The notes: a model not told the origin generated them from the sequence alone. DNA of 63,893 nt, filler included, from Octopus bimaculoides (GCF_001194135.2; 10 parts of 8 records of this genome joined end to end with filler, not necessarily neighbours in it), one strand, 5' to 3'. Shown: positions 11,480 through 24,077, numbered from the whole stretch's first letter. Numbers and translations: made by a program.

Positions 11480-13377
11480 GGCCAAACATTATATGGAAGG
11501 ACTTCATGTAAAAATCATGCCTCCTCTTTGATATGACTGTCTCGATCGACATAAATGTATCTGTCAAGACCTACCAACAACTCAGCAAGTATAAAGATCT
11601 TGAAGCAGATATTGGCAAAATGTGGAACCTCAATAAATTATCACAAGCGACACATGAACTTGTCGAATGCCTAGGTAGACTATAAAACTGCTTTTGATAG
11701 TCTACAAAATATCTGGATTAAGAAATGTCTGGAAATATATAAAATAGCACCTCCTATGCAAAATGTCTTGTCTGTAAGTATGAGATCATAGAGAATCACA
11801 CTGATTTTAAACAGTGACAATGAATCTCTCAATGCTGGACTTATAAGAATTTCATGTGACATTTTCCAGGGTTACTCACTATCACCACTCCTCTTGCGTC
11901 TAGCCTTAATACCTCTCTCTAAATTGCTCAATGATGTACAATATGAATATGAAATGTTTGATAAAAATATAAATCATCTCTTTTACATGGTTGATTTAAA
12001 GCTCTTTGAAAAAAAATTACCAACAACTACAGGGTTTACTAGCAATTGTTAAACAATTCAGTGATGACGTCAGGATGCAATATGGTTTCGATAAATGTGC
12101 AAAAGCTACCTTTATAAAAGGAAAAATGTCAGAAACATCCAACGTTAATTTTCACCAGCAGAATGTCATAAAGGAGTTAGAATCAGCGGAGAGCGAAAAA
12201 TACCTAGGGGTATTTGAAGGTGATGGAATCAAACATTCAATGATGAGGGAAAGGATCAGAAGAGAATGTTATCGCAGGGTAAGGGCAATACTCAGTGCAA
12301 GAAACAGGATCAAAGCGATCAATACTTTAGTATATCAATACGTGACTTACAGTTCCAATATCATTAACTGGTCAATTATTGAAATATGTAATCTTAACAT
12401 AAAAATCCGAAAATTGTTGATAATGCATAGAATGCACCACCCTTAGGTAGATATAGAATAGAACGACTTTACCTGCCAAGAAAAGAGAGAGGCCGTGGAC
12501 TTTTGCAATTGGAACTAACAATGAAGATTGCCACAATTGGCCTCAACGCCTACCTGAAAAACTCTAATGACTGGATGTTAAATCTTGTCTTAAAGCATGA
12601 AAACAAGAAAGCATCATGCTGAGTAACAAAACAGGCAAAGGAATATCTGAGTGAATTCCTAATAAACAAATCCCAGAAACAAACAGAAAAAGCTGAAACT
12701 GCTTTCTTAGATATTCTTATGGATAAATGGCAAGAAAAACCTCTCAAAGCCTGGACCTGCCCCATGATAAAAACTTGTGGGAACACGAACCACCTCCAGT
12801 GTTTGAAAATGACTACATCTCACTCCTCTGGAACTTCACTGTTCAAACTGACTGCAAAATAGATGCGAATAGGCCAGACATTAAATTGAAAGACTTCACA
12901 CAAAAATCATGCCTTCTCATTGATATAACTGTCCCAATCGACATTAATGTATCTGTCAAGACCTACCAACAACTCAACAAGTATAAAGATCTTGAAACAG
13001 AGATTGGCAAAATGTGTCACCCCAAGACTAAAACAATACCTGTTGTCATAGGTACCCTAGGAATGATAGCAAAAGGGGCTGATTGCTACCTAGCTCAGAT
13101 ATCAGGAAACCCCAAAATGGCAGAAATTCAAAAGATAGTGCTCATGGGAACTGCCCATATCCCACGTAAAATACTGTCTATGTAATCTCAAATTTTAAAA
13201 CAAACTCATAATTTTCTTATGGTTTCTTAAATATTCTCTAGAACAATACTATGTGCAAAACCAAATATATGACACCCTAGGCATAACACCAACATGAACT
13301 TCTAACTTGTTGTCTCTTGAAATCTCTGGGTGAGACTTGGAGTCAACTTGTACAAATACAAAGCAAAAGTCAAACAT

Positions 13378-13420
<43 letters not shown>
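11480..13420 (+). mobile_element. 5'-truncated, internally deleted R4/Dong LINE (family C): RT + RLE + 3'UTR + (AAT)n
   Basis: RT motifs A*VDYKTAFDS, IFQGYSLSPLL and FYMVDLKL (degenerate YMDD). RLE motifs LWNFTVQTDCKIDANRPDI, LIDITVPID and KYKDLETEI, ending MGTAHIPRKILSM*. Flanked on both sides by (AAT)n. Confidence 0.9.
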
Positions 13421-13520
13421 NNNNNNNNNNNNNNNNNNNNNNNNNNNNNNNNNNNNNNNNNNNNTTAATTAATTAANNNNNNNNNNNNNNNNNNNNNNNN
13501 NNNNNNNNNNNNNNNNNNNN

Positions 13521-14900
13521 GTAGAAGTAAAGTCAAGAGCAGGGTGGAAGTTGGAGAGGAAGGAGATGAAAAGGCAGAACTGTTCGCGGGAGAGGGAGGT
13601 GGCTCCTATACAGTCATCTATGTAGCGACCGTATAGTTCTGGGGTCGGACCGGAGAATTGGGAGAATACTTGGGCCTCAATGTAACCAACGAAGAGGTTG
13701 GCATAATTGGAACCCATTCTCGTTCCCATCGTGACCCCCAACAGGTAGGTATCTCCGGCGAACGTGAAGCAGTTGAGGGTGAGGACGAGTTCTGCCAGAC
13801 GAAGCAGGGTAGGGATGCTAGGTGTGGGGTCAGGGTGGCGGTTAAGGAAGTATTGGAGGGCTGAGAGACCACCGTTGTGTGGAATCACGGTGTATANNNN
13901 NNNNNNNNNNNNNNNNNNNNNNNNNNNNNNNNNNNNNNNNNNNNNNNNNNNNNNNNNNNNNNNNNNNNNNNNNNNNNNNNNNNNNNNNNNNNNNNNNNNN
14001 NNNNNNNNNNNNNNNNNNNNNNNNNNNNNNNNNNNNNNNNNNNNNNNNNNNNNNNNNNNNNNNNNNNNNNNNNNNNNNNNNNNNNNNNNNNNNNNNNNNN
14101 NNNNNNNNNNNNNNNNNNNNNNNNNNNNNNNNNNNNNNNNNNNNNNNNNNNNNNNNNNNNNNNNNNNNNNNNNNNNNNNNNNNNNNNNNNNNNNNNNNNN
14201 NNNNNNNNNNNNNNNNNNNNNNNNNNNNNNNNNNNNNNNNNNNNNNNNNNNNNNNNNNNNNNNNNNNNNNNNNNNNNNNNNNNNNNNNNNNNNNNNNNNN
14301 NNNNNNNNNNNNNNNNNNNNNNNNNNNNNNNNNNNNNNNNNNNNNNNNNNNNNNNNNNNNNNNNNNNNNNNNNNNNNNNNNNNNNNNNNNNNNNNNNNNN
14401 NNNNNNNNNNNNNNNNNNNNNNNNNNNNNNNNNNNNNNNNNNNNNNNNNNNNNNNNNNNNNNNNNNNNNNNNNNNNNNNNNNNNNNNNNNNNNNNNNNNN
14501 NNNNNNNNNNNNNNNNCGAAACGCTCGACCAACGCCTTACAGTCATCCACGAACAAGTCTAGGCTACTGAATTGGCCTGGAGGCGGCGTCCAGTTGGATG
14601 GGCGGCGTCCCAGGTCCGAGAAGTAGTCCCGATTGTTGGGAGGCTGTGTTGACGTATGGAAGAACGCGCACAGTTTGATGCGGCGCATGAACAGGCTGAC
14701 ATCAGTGCGAGTCCCGAATTCGTCACAGTGGGGCGTGAGAGGCGTGAAGCGGAGGCCCCTACTAAGGAAGTCGAGTCACCAGGTTATAGATTACGGAACG
14801 GCCGTTAGTATGGCGGTTAACTGCAATATAAAGCACCATAGTTCTTGAATAAACAGTCGCGGACAGCACAGTGGCAAGTTCTGAGGATGCACTGGCTTGA
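13521..14900 (-). mobile_element. Penelope-like element (RT fragment and N-terminal region; central part in a gap)
   Basis: LAELVLTLNCFTF...GVTMGTRMGSNYANLFVG...YGRYIDDCIG is a PLE-type RT. The N-terminal block SNWTPPPGQFSSLDLFVD lies at 14517-14688. Confidence 0.85.
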
Positions 14901-14989
14901 GGTTTGGCGACATCCTGCAACTAAATAGTTGCAATATCTAAAGAAGTTCTGTCCAGGCAAGTGAGGGTCACTCGTTGATTAAACCATAC

Positions 14990-15240
14990 CTTACCTTCCT
15001 TCCTTCCTTCGTCAAATCCAGATCAGCGTTTGTTCCAGCACCTGGCGGCTGACTTGGTCACACACTCTCTGCGTCTAACCGACATCCGGCGGCAAATCGT
15101 GTGCTTTGTGCAGCTATTAGCTATCACAGGACAAAGCCAGGCGGGCGGCTGTAAAGGCACCACACTACATACCGTGGACGCGATAGCTCGCTGCAGATTG
15201 TTTCCGACCTTAGTCGTCCTGGATCTCTTCTTTGTCACTG
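14990..15240 (-). mobile_element. Possible LINE 3' end with a (GAAG)n tail
   Basis: GC-richer, Arg/Cys-rich frame ending in an AAGG-repeat tail on the minus strand. The family is not securely assigned. Confidence 0.3.
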
Positions 15241-15399
15241 GACCAGTCGAGGATAAGTCAAGTTGTGTGTTGGAAGATTGCGCGTTCCTATCACTGGAAA
15301 CAAATCTTTGTGCTGATTTTGATCCAACTCAACCTTCTACCTTCATTTTTCTCCATTTTTCCCTCAAGTTCATCGGCAATGAGCAACCGGTGATGGAGG

Positions 15400-17520
15400 A
15401 AGCTATGGATGATGCCTTATCGAAGGACTGCTCTGGACGCATCCGAACTGAAAAGCTGCGACGTGGACAGAACAACTCTTAGTAAGACGCGCTTCTTATG
15501 AACAAAGAAATAAATACACGTTCCACTGGAAGGGTGTCCCTGATGGAAACGACAGAATTCATGGCGTGACCTTCGCTGTGAAGGTTTCTATTTCAAGTAA
15601 GTAGACGAAACTTCCTGTCGGATTGCATGAACGTCTCATAACGCTGCGGATTGATCTCTCCAAACGCCGATACGCCATCATCATCAGTGCCTATGCGCCC
15701 ACCTTGGACTCTCCTGAAGAAGTTGCGGACAAGTTTTACTTGTCCCTAAACGATATCAACTAAAAGATACGCAAGTCTGATAAGATCGTTTTGCTAGATT
15801 TTAATGACAAGATCGGTCAAAGTCATTTCATCTGGCCCGGCGTTATTGGTCGTTGTGCTGTTGGAAAAATTAATGCCAATGGCCTTCGTATTCCATCTCT
15901 CTGTTACCAACATAGACTGCTCATTCCCAGCACGGTTTTCTAACTCCCAACAATCCACAAAGTCTCCTCGATTCATATGTTGGTGCCTTTTTGACTGTGA
16001 TTGTTTTACAATAGGATCTCAAAGATGTCTTGATCTCCCATACCATGAGGGATGACAAATGTTGGACCACCATCGAATGATCAAATCTTTTCTTCGTCTG
16101 ACCTTGAAGTCTCCAATCTGAAAATTGCATTTCTTTTCTCGTCCTGACACGGTTGCCCTCTCCAATCCCGAGAAGTGTACACAACTTCAGTTCGAAATTT
16201 AAGACCACCTCCCACCTATCCCAGACCTTCCGTTTGCTGACCTCACCCAAGAGGAAATCAACAACCTCTAGGACTCATCCATTCATATTCTCCAAGACAT
16301 TGACAAAGCAACCCTTGGGACAACTACGCGTCGCAACCCTGACTGGCTTGATAAATCGGCCGAGGTTACACAACTTCTTCTGCCCGAGAACAAGCTCCAC
16401 GATGCTGTTCTAGCTAACCTGGGCTCTAAAACCCTGTGCCAAAAATGAAGGGTCGCTTGTGCCACCGCGCAAGGTGTCAGTAGGAATGCTCAAAACGAGT
16501 GGTGGCTTCGAAAGGCGGGAAAAATTCAATGTGTTGCAGACGAGAACAAAACCTACGAATTCTACAACTTGATTAAGAAAATCTTCGGCCCATGCAGAAA
16601 GGTGAGATCATCCAATGGCACCTTACTGAAAGAGAAAAATGTGATACTTCGCAGGTTGGCCGAACATTTTCAAGAACTTCTGAATCGAGTCGATCCCACG
16701 GACCCCATGATACTTAAAGACGTTCTAGGTCGTAATATCTGTTAGCAGGGGAAGACTAAACTTGACAGGTGGAAACTCTCAATATTGTCATAATCTACAA
16801 AAAAAAAAAAGGAAGACCGCGCAGAGTGCGGTAACAGCAGAGGAATCTCTCTCCTGGATGGTACTGGCAAGATCCTCTCTCGTATTCTCTTTAGTCATCT
16901 GCTGCTTCATATTGTCAACTTGTTTCTGCCAGAGTCCCAGTGTGGATTTCAATCAGAAAGAAGCACTTTTGACATGATATTTGTCTTCTTCAAAAGTATC
17001 GTGAACATCAGAAAGACATATGCTACGCCTCTGCCGATCTAACAAAGGTGTTTGATACGGTCAACCATCCCATATCGTGGTGCCTGCTTCTGAAGTTTGG
17101 CTGTCCATCAACATTTTTCTTTATTGTGAAAAAGTTTCACGACGGTATGCAAACGAGAGTGACAGTCAGCCGTGAAGCCTAGGAATACATTTTATGTCNN
17201 NNNNNNNNNNGGGGGGGGGAACACACCAAGGATGCATCCTGCACTTGTACTGTTTCACATTTACTTAGTAGTTGTAACTATTCTTTCCAGGACACAGTTC
17301 AGCGGAGAAAATGGAATTCGAAATCAGGTACCGCTAAGAGGGTACATTTTACTTGTAAATTTTCATCACATGAACATGAGTTAGAGCAATAATACTAATT
17401 GTGAAAAATATTTCAGATTTTAGCCCTTCTAATCCACGTATAATAGACGCTTCAATCAAATTAAATCTCAACATTGACTGCCTCGGCCACATGATCACAG
17501 GACCGACCATCACATCCAAA
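15400..17520 (+). mobile_element. Degenerate RTE (BovB-like) LINE: APE endonuclease to RT
   Basis: Frameshifted motifs WKG...RIHGVTFAVK, ERLITLRI, IISAYAPTLDS, RGISLL, PESQCGF, DLTKVFDTVN and KFHDGMQTRV. Confidence 0.85.
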
Positions 17521-17719
17521 TCTTTCTCATGATTAGAACTTGTAATAATCTATTGTTCGAGAACATGTTGATATTTTTTATTGTGATATCCAACATGAAA
17601 CATTTACATATGTCAATATTAAATAGTATTTACCAGTCAAATAGCCAATCATCTACTGTATTCTATATTGTCATCTGGCACCTCACCTACAATATCCTTT
17701 ACATATATATACATATATG

Positions 17720-17756
<37 letters not shown>

Positions 17757-18752
17757 NNNNNNNNNNNNNNNNNNNNNNNNNNNNNNNNNNNNNNNNNNNN
17801 NNNNNNNNNNNNNNNNNNNNNNNNNNNNNNNNNNNNNNNNNNNNNNNNNNNNNNNNNNNNNNNNNNNNNNNNNNNNNNNNNNNNNNNNNNNNNNNNNNNN
17901 NNNNNNNNNNNNNNNNNNNNNNNNNNNNNNNNNNNNNNNNNNNNNNNNNNNNNNNNNNNNNNNNNNNNNNNNNNNNNNNNNNNNNNNNNNNNNNNNNNNN
18001 NNNNNNNNNNNNNNNNNNNNNNNNNNNNNNNNNNNNNNNNNNNNNNNNNNNNNNNNNNNNNNNNNNNNNNNNNNNNNNNNNNNNNNNNNNNNNNNNNNNN
18101 NNNNNNNNNNNNNNNNNNNNNNNNNNNNNNNNNNNNNNNNNNNNNNNNNNNNNNNNNNNNNNNNNNNNNNNNNNNNNNNNNNNNNNNNNNNNNNNNNNNN
18201 NNNNNNNNNNNNNNNNNNNNNNNNNNNNNNNNNNNNNNNNNNNNNNNNNNNNNNNNNNNNNNNNNNNNNNNNNNNNNNNNNNNNNNNNNNNNNNNNNNNN
18301 NNNNNNNNNNNNNNNNNNNNNNNNNNNNNNNNNNNNNNNNNNNNNNNNNNNNNNNNNNNNNNNNNNNNNNNNNNNNNNNNNNNNNNNNNNNNNNNNNNNN
18401 NNNNNNNNNNNNNNNNNNNNNNNNNNNNNNNNNNNNNNNNNNNNNNNNNNNNNNNNNNNNNNNNNNNNNNNNNNNNNNNNNNNNNNNNNNNNNNNNNNNN
18501 NNNNNNNNNNNNNNNNNNNNNNNNNNNNNNNNNNNNNNNNNNNNNNNNNNNNNNNNNNNNNNNNNNNNNNNNNNNNNNNNNNNNNNNNNNNNNNNNNNNN
18601 NNNNNNNNNNNNNNNNNNNNNNNNNNNNNNNNNNNNNNNNNNNNNNNNNNNNNNNNNNNNNNNNNNNNNNNNNNNNNNNNNNNNNNNNNNNNNNNNNNNN
18701 NNNNNNNNNNNNNNNNNNNNNNNNNNNNNNNNNNNNNNNNNNNNNNNNTATA

Positions 18753-18788
<36 letters not shown>

Positions 18789-18797
18789 TGTATATAG

Positions 18798-19540
18798 TGT
18801 AACTGTATACCCCACCTGGTAAAAAGTGGTAGGATGAAACCATTATAAATAGACCAGTAGCTGGGGTCGTCAAAAGAGGGTCGAGAGTCAAAGAGTTGAA
18901 AGTCGACAGTTCTAGTCGGTGTCTTGTGGAGCTATCAGCGATAGTATGACAGAAGTTAGTGTATTACTATTCCGGTACGAAGGGATACAACGGTATCCGA
19001 TGACTAGTAACTATTGTGGCTACTAGCGTAAAAGAGCAACTACAGTACAACGGCAGTCACACAGCACACCAGTGGGAGGAACCCACTTTACAACAGTGGC
19101 GGCGGGGAAAAACAAATTTACGCAGAGTGAAAAGAAAAAAATATTCACACGTTGAGTTTAAATAAATTTACGTGGATAATTAAATAACTAGACATAAACA
19201 AATCTTGCTGTGCTAACGAAAATCGTAAAATTTGGAAGACTTGTTAGCTGGGGTAGCTGAGTTGCAAAAACAGCAACAACTCAAGGAACAACGAGAACAA
19301 CAACAAAGATTGCCGTAATAGATGTTACAAGTAATGAAGATGATAACCAAACCGGAGAATACATTTTCGCCTGACCATGTAGCAAATTCCATAAATGAAT
19401 TCAAATATGACCTCGAAGGAGTAACCTTCGTGGCTTACTTTCGAAGATTTGAACAAATTTTTGAAAAAGAATGTCAGGATTGGACAGACGAAATGAAAAC
19501 GTGCCGAGTTCCAAGAAATTTGGAATTGTGTAAATGTATG
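18798..19540 (+). mobile_element. Gypsy/Ty3 LTR retrotransposon stub: 5'LTR (~18798-19095), PBS and start of gag
   Basis: TG...CA block with a TATAAATA box, ending TTACAACA. PBS TGGCGGCGGGGA at 19097. Gag N-terminus FSPDHVANSINEFKYDLEGVTFVAYFRRFEQIFEKECQDWTDEMK (ORF 19322-19639), of Cer/K02A2.6-like type. Confidence 0.8.
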
Positions 19541-19649
19541 AATTTTAAACATATACACACACACACACACACAGAAAATCTGCCTTTTATAGATAAGATA
19601 CATACATACGTAAACATTTTATTCTACTTTTTTTGCTAATTTCAGTAAG

Positions 19650-19744
19650 CTTATTGTGCCATTTTTATTTTTTCGCTTGTGCCATTTTTATCGTGTCATT
19701 TTTACCTGTGCCATTTTCCCCCGTGCCATTATTACCGTTCACCC
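19650..19744. mobile_element. Single terminus of a TIR DNA element with tandem subterminal GTGCCATTTTT repeats
   Basis: Five copies of GTG(C/T)CATT(T/A)T ending ...TTACCGTTCACCC. No partner end found. Confidence 0.45.
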
Positions 19745-19819
19745 TTGAGCAAGACATTTTATTTCACGTTACTCCAATCCACTCAGCTGACAAAAAAAGA
19801 ATAATAGTTGTATTTCAGA

Positions 19820-19990
19820 GAGTCAACCTTCTTACATTCTATGTCATGCTGAATCTCCCTGAGAACGACGTTATGGGTAATCGTGTTTGTGGAGTACTCA
19901 GCCACTTACCCATTAACTGCATGGGCAGGCTTTCTGCTGATCGGATCGACTGGATCACTCATCATCGTAACTGACGGAGTGCCAGTTAAT
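19820..19990 (+). mobile_element. 3' body of a tRNA-derived SINE (same family as 55972-56230)
   Basis: GCTGAATCTCCCTGAGAAC overlaps the end of the 55972-56230 copy (GCTGAATATCCCCGAGAAC). A divergent copy lies at ~41090-41230. Confidence 0.7.
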
Positions 19991-20649
19991 TTCAGTATAT
20001 AAACAAATCACGAGGGATCATCAGTCAGTCACAGCCTAGTTTTAGATACAGAAATACATCAACAGAGAGAGTAGAATTTCTAGCCCTCGAGCCAAAAACT
20101 TAACGTCCTCTTGTCTCTAGGAGTGTTGCTCACCGAACAGAAAGCGCTCAGCTTCACTATCAAAAAATTCAATGTTATCTTTTATCTGAGTGTCTCATTC
20201 AAAAAGTCAAACGGGCCACAGTTTGCTCATAGATGTTGTAGCGCCTTGTCGAAACCGATATATATTTACTTTTTCACAAGCACGCACATACTTTCGTAAT
20301 TCACCCCAGAATTCTAACATAACATACACCCCAGAATTCTAACATTCTCACTGCCAAACAGACTGCTCACATACTTATATACGGAAGTTTTCTTTACCAA
20401 AAGACGTTTTACTCTTTCTTTCTCCGGTCAGATAGAGGTTCGAAAATTGTATTATGTAACGTCGGACAATAAATAAATATTTTTATATGATAGGTGAATT
20501 ATCACTCTTGACATCACTTCTATTACTATCTTCACAACAACTCGTAACTTCCGCCGAAAATCCGAATTCTTTCTCCTATCAAAGCAACGAAACAACAATA
20601 CTACAACCAAATCGCTACGAGTCCAAAAATCCCAAAATTAACCTTTCGC

Positions 20650-20960
20650 TTATCATGTAGTCTTCTACATTCTTTCCTCTTTTCTTCTAATTTGTTCTTC
20701 CAGTTCTTCAAATCAGTCTTCAATTTTATCCAGTTTAACTATTGTCACCTTTGTTTTACCTTTACAATTCTGCAGAACCAGTTGGATTAATTCTATTACA
20801 TTTTCGTGCAGCTGCAGCTTTCAATTCTGATTTTAACACATCTAGTGCTGCACCAATTACCATAGACATCGCAATTCAAGACATTGTCTTTATTTTCTTT
20901 TTAAGATTTACAAGATTCACCACGATTATTGTTGTCGCAATCATCTTCCTTACTTTCTGA
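20650..20960 (-). pseudogene. Possible CR1/L2-type ORF1 remnant (PHD-like finger + coiled coil)
   Basis: NVLNCDVYGNWCSTRCVKI resembles C..C..W.H..CV.I, followed by LDKIED*FEELEEQIRRKEERM. Multiple stops. Confidence 0.4.
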
Positions 20961-21899
20961 GTGTGAGACGTAACAGGATGCATTTCCTCTCCTCTGTCAC
21001 TGATTTCTGCGAACCCTTATGTCCAGTACTTTTTAAAACGATTATTAATTTTTTTCATTATTCTTTTTATTTTTCCTGAATAGTCCAGTTCTGTGATGGT
21101 AACAAAGTAGTTTCGTAGCAAACTATTGAAAAGTAAAATACTAAGAAATAAAATTCTACTGTGGTATGTTTCTACTAAATTTGGGTCAGGCATGCAGCAA
21201 GTGACGTCTTTCTTTTCTGTATACTCCAAAATGAGCATTATAAAAAGATTACAGGTGACAAACTACAGATACATGTTTTAAAATAAAGTTCAAAATAAAA
21301 CAAATGAATATAGATATTTGATTGGTCAAAAAAGCAACACAATTTACAGTTTACCAGTAAAATCGAATAAAAAAGATTTTTTAAGTGAAAGGAATCAGTT
21401 ACTAAATAAATATGCAAAGCGACTTAAATTTACGTTACAGCAGGGGACATTGGCAACCTAGAACACGCACATCTTTATCACTGATGATCGTGAGACTGAG
21501 ACGTTGATGAACGGAACGCTGTAATTTACCGACAAACCACACGGTAGCTTATTCTGTTCAGCTACAAATGCATTAATCCTCACCACATCCACCGCTACAT
21601 TGAGGATATGCGGAGTAAATGAGTTGCTGGCCGTGGCATTCTATATGAAATACTTACCTCTAGTCCAAGAGCAAAGAGTGATTTGATTGAACCTCTTCCC
21701 ATTGTCTTTGTGCAAGTTGATTGGCTTCAGGAATGAAGAGATAGTTGGCAACAATTCGTTTAATAATCAAATTTACTTCGTATGACGAAGTTAACATGAC
21801 AATATTTTAGTATCGAGGAACTTTTCACATCAACATCTCATTTCTCACATACCAGCTCCGAATTCTAAGAGCGGTAGAGGTACAGATCTCATCAAGTCA

Positions 21900-22612
21900 A
21901 GTAAGCCAGTGATGTTTATATCACACGCGAAGTGTCAACCCAATCTCCAGAAAATTTGGCATTCGTAGAAAGTAAGCGAAACCTGGAATATTGGTTGAAA
22001 AAGAGTCAAAAATGAGTCTTGATTGTAAGTTGTCCCAAATTCTTTTAATCTAGTTACTCTTCTCTGGGACCTACCATCCAAAATTCCTCCACAATAGTAG
22101 ACCTTCATCCACCTTCCTGTTGAAGCAAGTCCATGTTGGAAAGGAGAGGATGTTTCCTACCAAAGAGGAGCAAGATGAATGAGAAAAGGAAACAGAGGAA
22201 TGATAGAAAGGAGCATTTACAAAAAATCCAGACTCCCCAGTTGTTTGGAAAACGTAGCTTGACAAAGGATTTCGAAATGATTTCAACATTGACCAAACTT
22301 TCGTTTATCACATAAATTAAGTTATCAAAAGTTGCAAGACGGCTAGAATATAAACAAGGGATTAGACTTAAGAATGTAAACTAACTTACTAGTCGACAAA
22401 TATTTTCTAAGAGAAAAACCTTGATGGGGATCAATCATTTCCTCATTTTGAGTAACATCATAGTCAGAAGTGTGGGTTTGAATACAAGATCAGAAATTGG
22501 GACTTCAAAGGAGCTCCACGCCAAAACAGGAGGAACTATAATGAAGAAGAAGAATTTGCTGGAGAATCCACATTTGTCGGATGATTTAGTATTTTTAAAT
22601 TATCTGAAGTAA
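21900..22612 (+). pseudogene. Possible degenerate LINE ORF2 C-terminal region
   Basis: One frame runs ~230 codons with only ~6 stops and includes KLSKVARRLE and INHFLIL. The family is not assignable by eye. Confidence 0.25.
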
Positions 22613-23083
22613 AGACTGGTCAAAAGTAAACTAGTGATTTGGGCCCGTGTAAGCAATCATCTGAAAGAAGACTCAGCATTACACTGAGCAAGAGCAAAAA
22701 GAGAAGGAAGAAAACAAATTGCCCCTTTGATGTCATATTTACTGAATTTTATGATGGCGGCTTTCTTGGGATTTGAACACCGACATTTGTACCCAAAGCG
22801 TTTGTATTTACCCCCGACTTGAAATGACAAATAGTAGGTAAGGTTTAAAAAGATTCGAATTGTGGTTTCATGGAAGAAATGGATAATCTGCCTTCGTTGT
22901 CATGGACGTGAAGCGTAACATGTGGGAAAAGAAATAATCTCTGCCATTCGATTCATTAAACATACTTTTTGGGAGAGAGCATGGGCGAAACAACCCTGAT
23001 CCCCCTTTAGGATAAAGTCGATGAACTTTGACGAGGGAAAACGCCTCAAAACAACAGAAACTGATACTGAAATTAGTTTCAGC

Positions 23084-23258
23084 AACTAGCGTAGATGGCG
23101 GGGACGGTAGGGCAGTCCGCCCCGGGCGGCACTTTTAAAGGAGCGGCACTTTTCATCCTGTTGTAGGCTATTACTGCTGACAATATGTTTTTTGTGGGAT
23201 CCGGGGGCGACAAACTGAAGGGCTGCCCCGGGCGGCACACACTCTAGCTACGCTAGTG
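23084..23258. mobile_element. 175-bp hAT-type MITE with an 8-bp TSD
   Basis: TIR (A)ACTAGCGTAG ... CTACGCTAGTG. Flanks GTTTCAGC (23076-23083) and GTTTCAAC (23259-23266). Internal duplicated GCCCCGGGCGGCAC. Confidence 0.85.
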
Positions 23259-23529
23259 GTTTCAACCCTTCAATAAATAAAATACTTATTATCAACTAAA
23301 AATGATATAACAAAATAGTATTTAATCATGTTGGATATGGAAGAATATAGATTTTCTTTAATTTAATTTCAAAATAAATACAATGAAACAACTCCACATA
23401 AACAAAATATCATTTCCACGACAGAAATAGAAAATTACCGGTGACAAACAAAATAAGATTTAGTGATCTTGCGATATTTGAATATATAATAGCGGACAAT
23501 AATGGAAAATGAACTAAACGGAAGTTCAA

Positions 23530-24077
23530 TGAATTAATGTGAATATTTATTTCGTGGATTCCAACGATGCAACATTAAATACGAACACAATAGAAGGAGC
23601 AATTAAATATCGCGCCATGCATAAGAACTCTTTAAAACTTATTTACAAGTGTTTACTGGCATTATTCATTTAAAAATAACGTATTCACATCATTCATCAA
23701 ATGCAAATTATATAATATAATTATTATATTTCAGTTCAAGAATTAAAAAAAATAAATTAAATTAAATGCATCAAACGTATTTTACACAAAATTGGATTTT
23801 ACAATTCTCATTTTCTTACATCAGGTACATTTCAGTTTCATTTTATTACCGATTATTGCCTCTATTGCCGATCATTAGCGATTATTTATCGTTCACTTTG
23901 ATTCATCACATTGCCTTTCAGTTTGTTGCATTTTGTTGTCCGCCATTATACATTTATTCATCGAAAGATCGCTGACATTTTTTTAAACAAATTCTAAAGC
24001 AAATAAAATCATTTTAAAAAGATAAAAATTTTTAAACAAATAAAATTATGGTGAAGGTAAAGCGCGAGTATACTACC
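23530..24077 (+). mobile_element. Merlin/ISXO2-like transposase remnant with a possible right TIR
   Basis: YFVDSNDATLNTNTIEGA (23548-23601) matches the IS1595/Merlin motif FVDP.....TNTIEG.W. Candidate end ...GCGAGTATACTACC at 24077. Confidence 0.5.
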
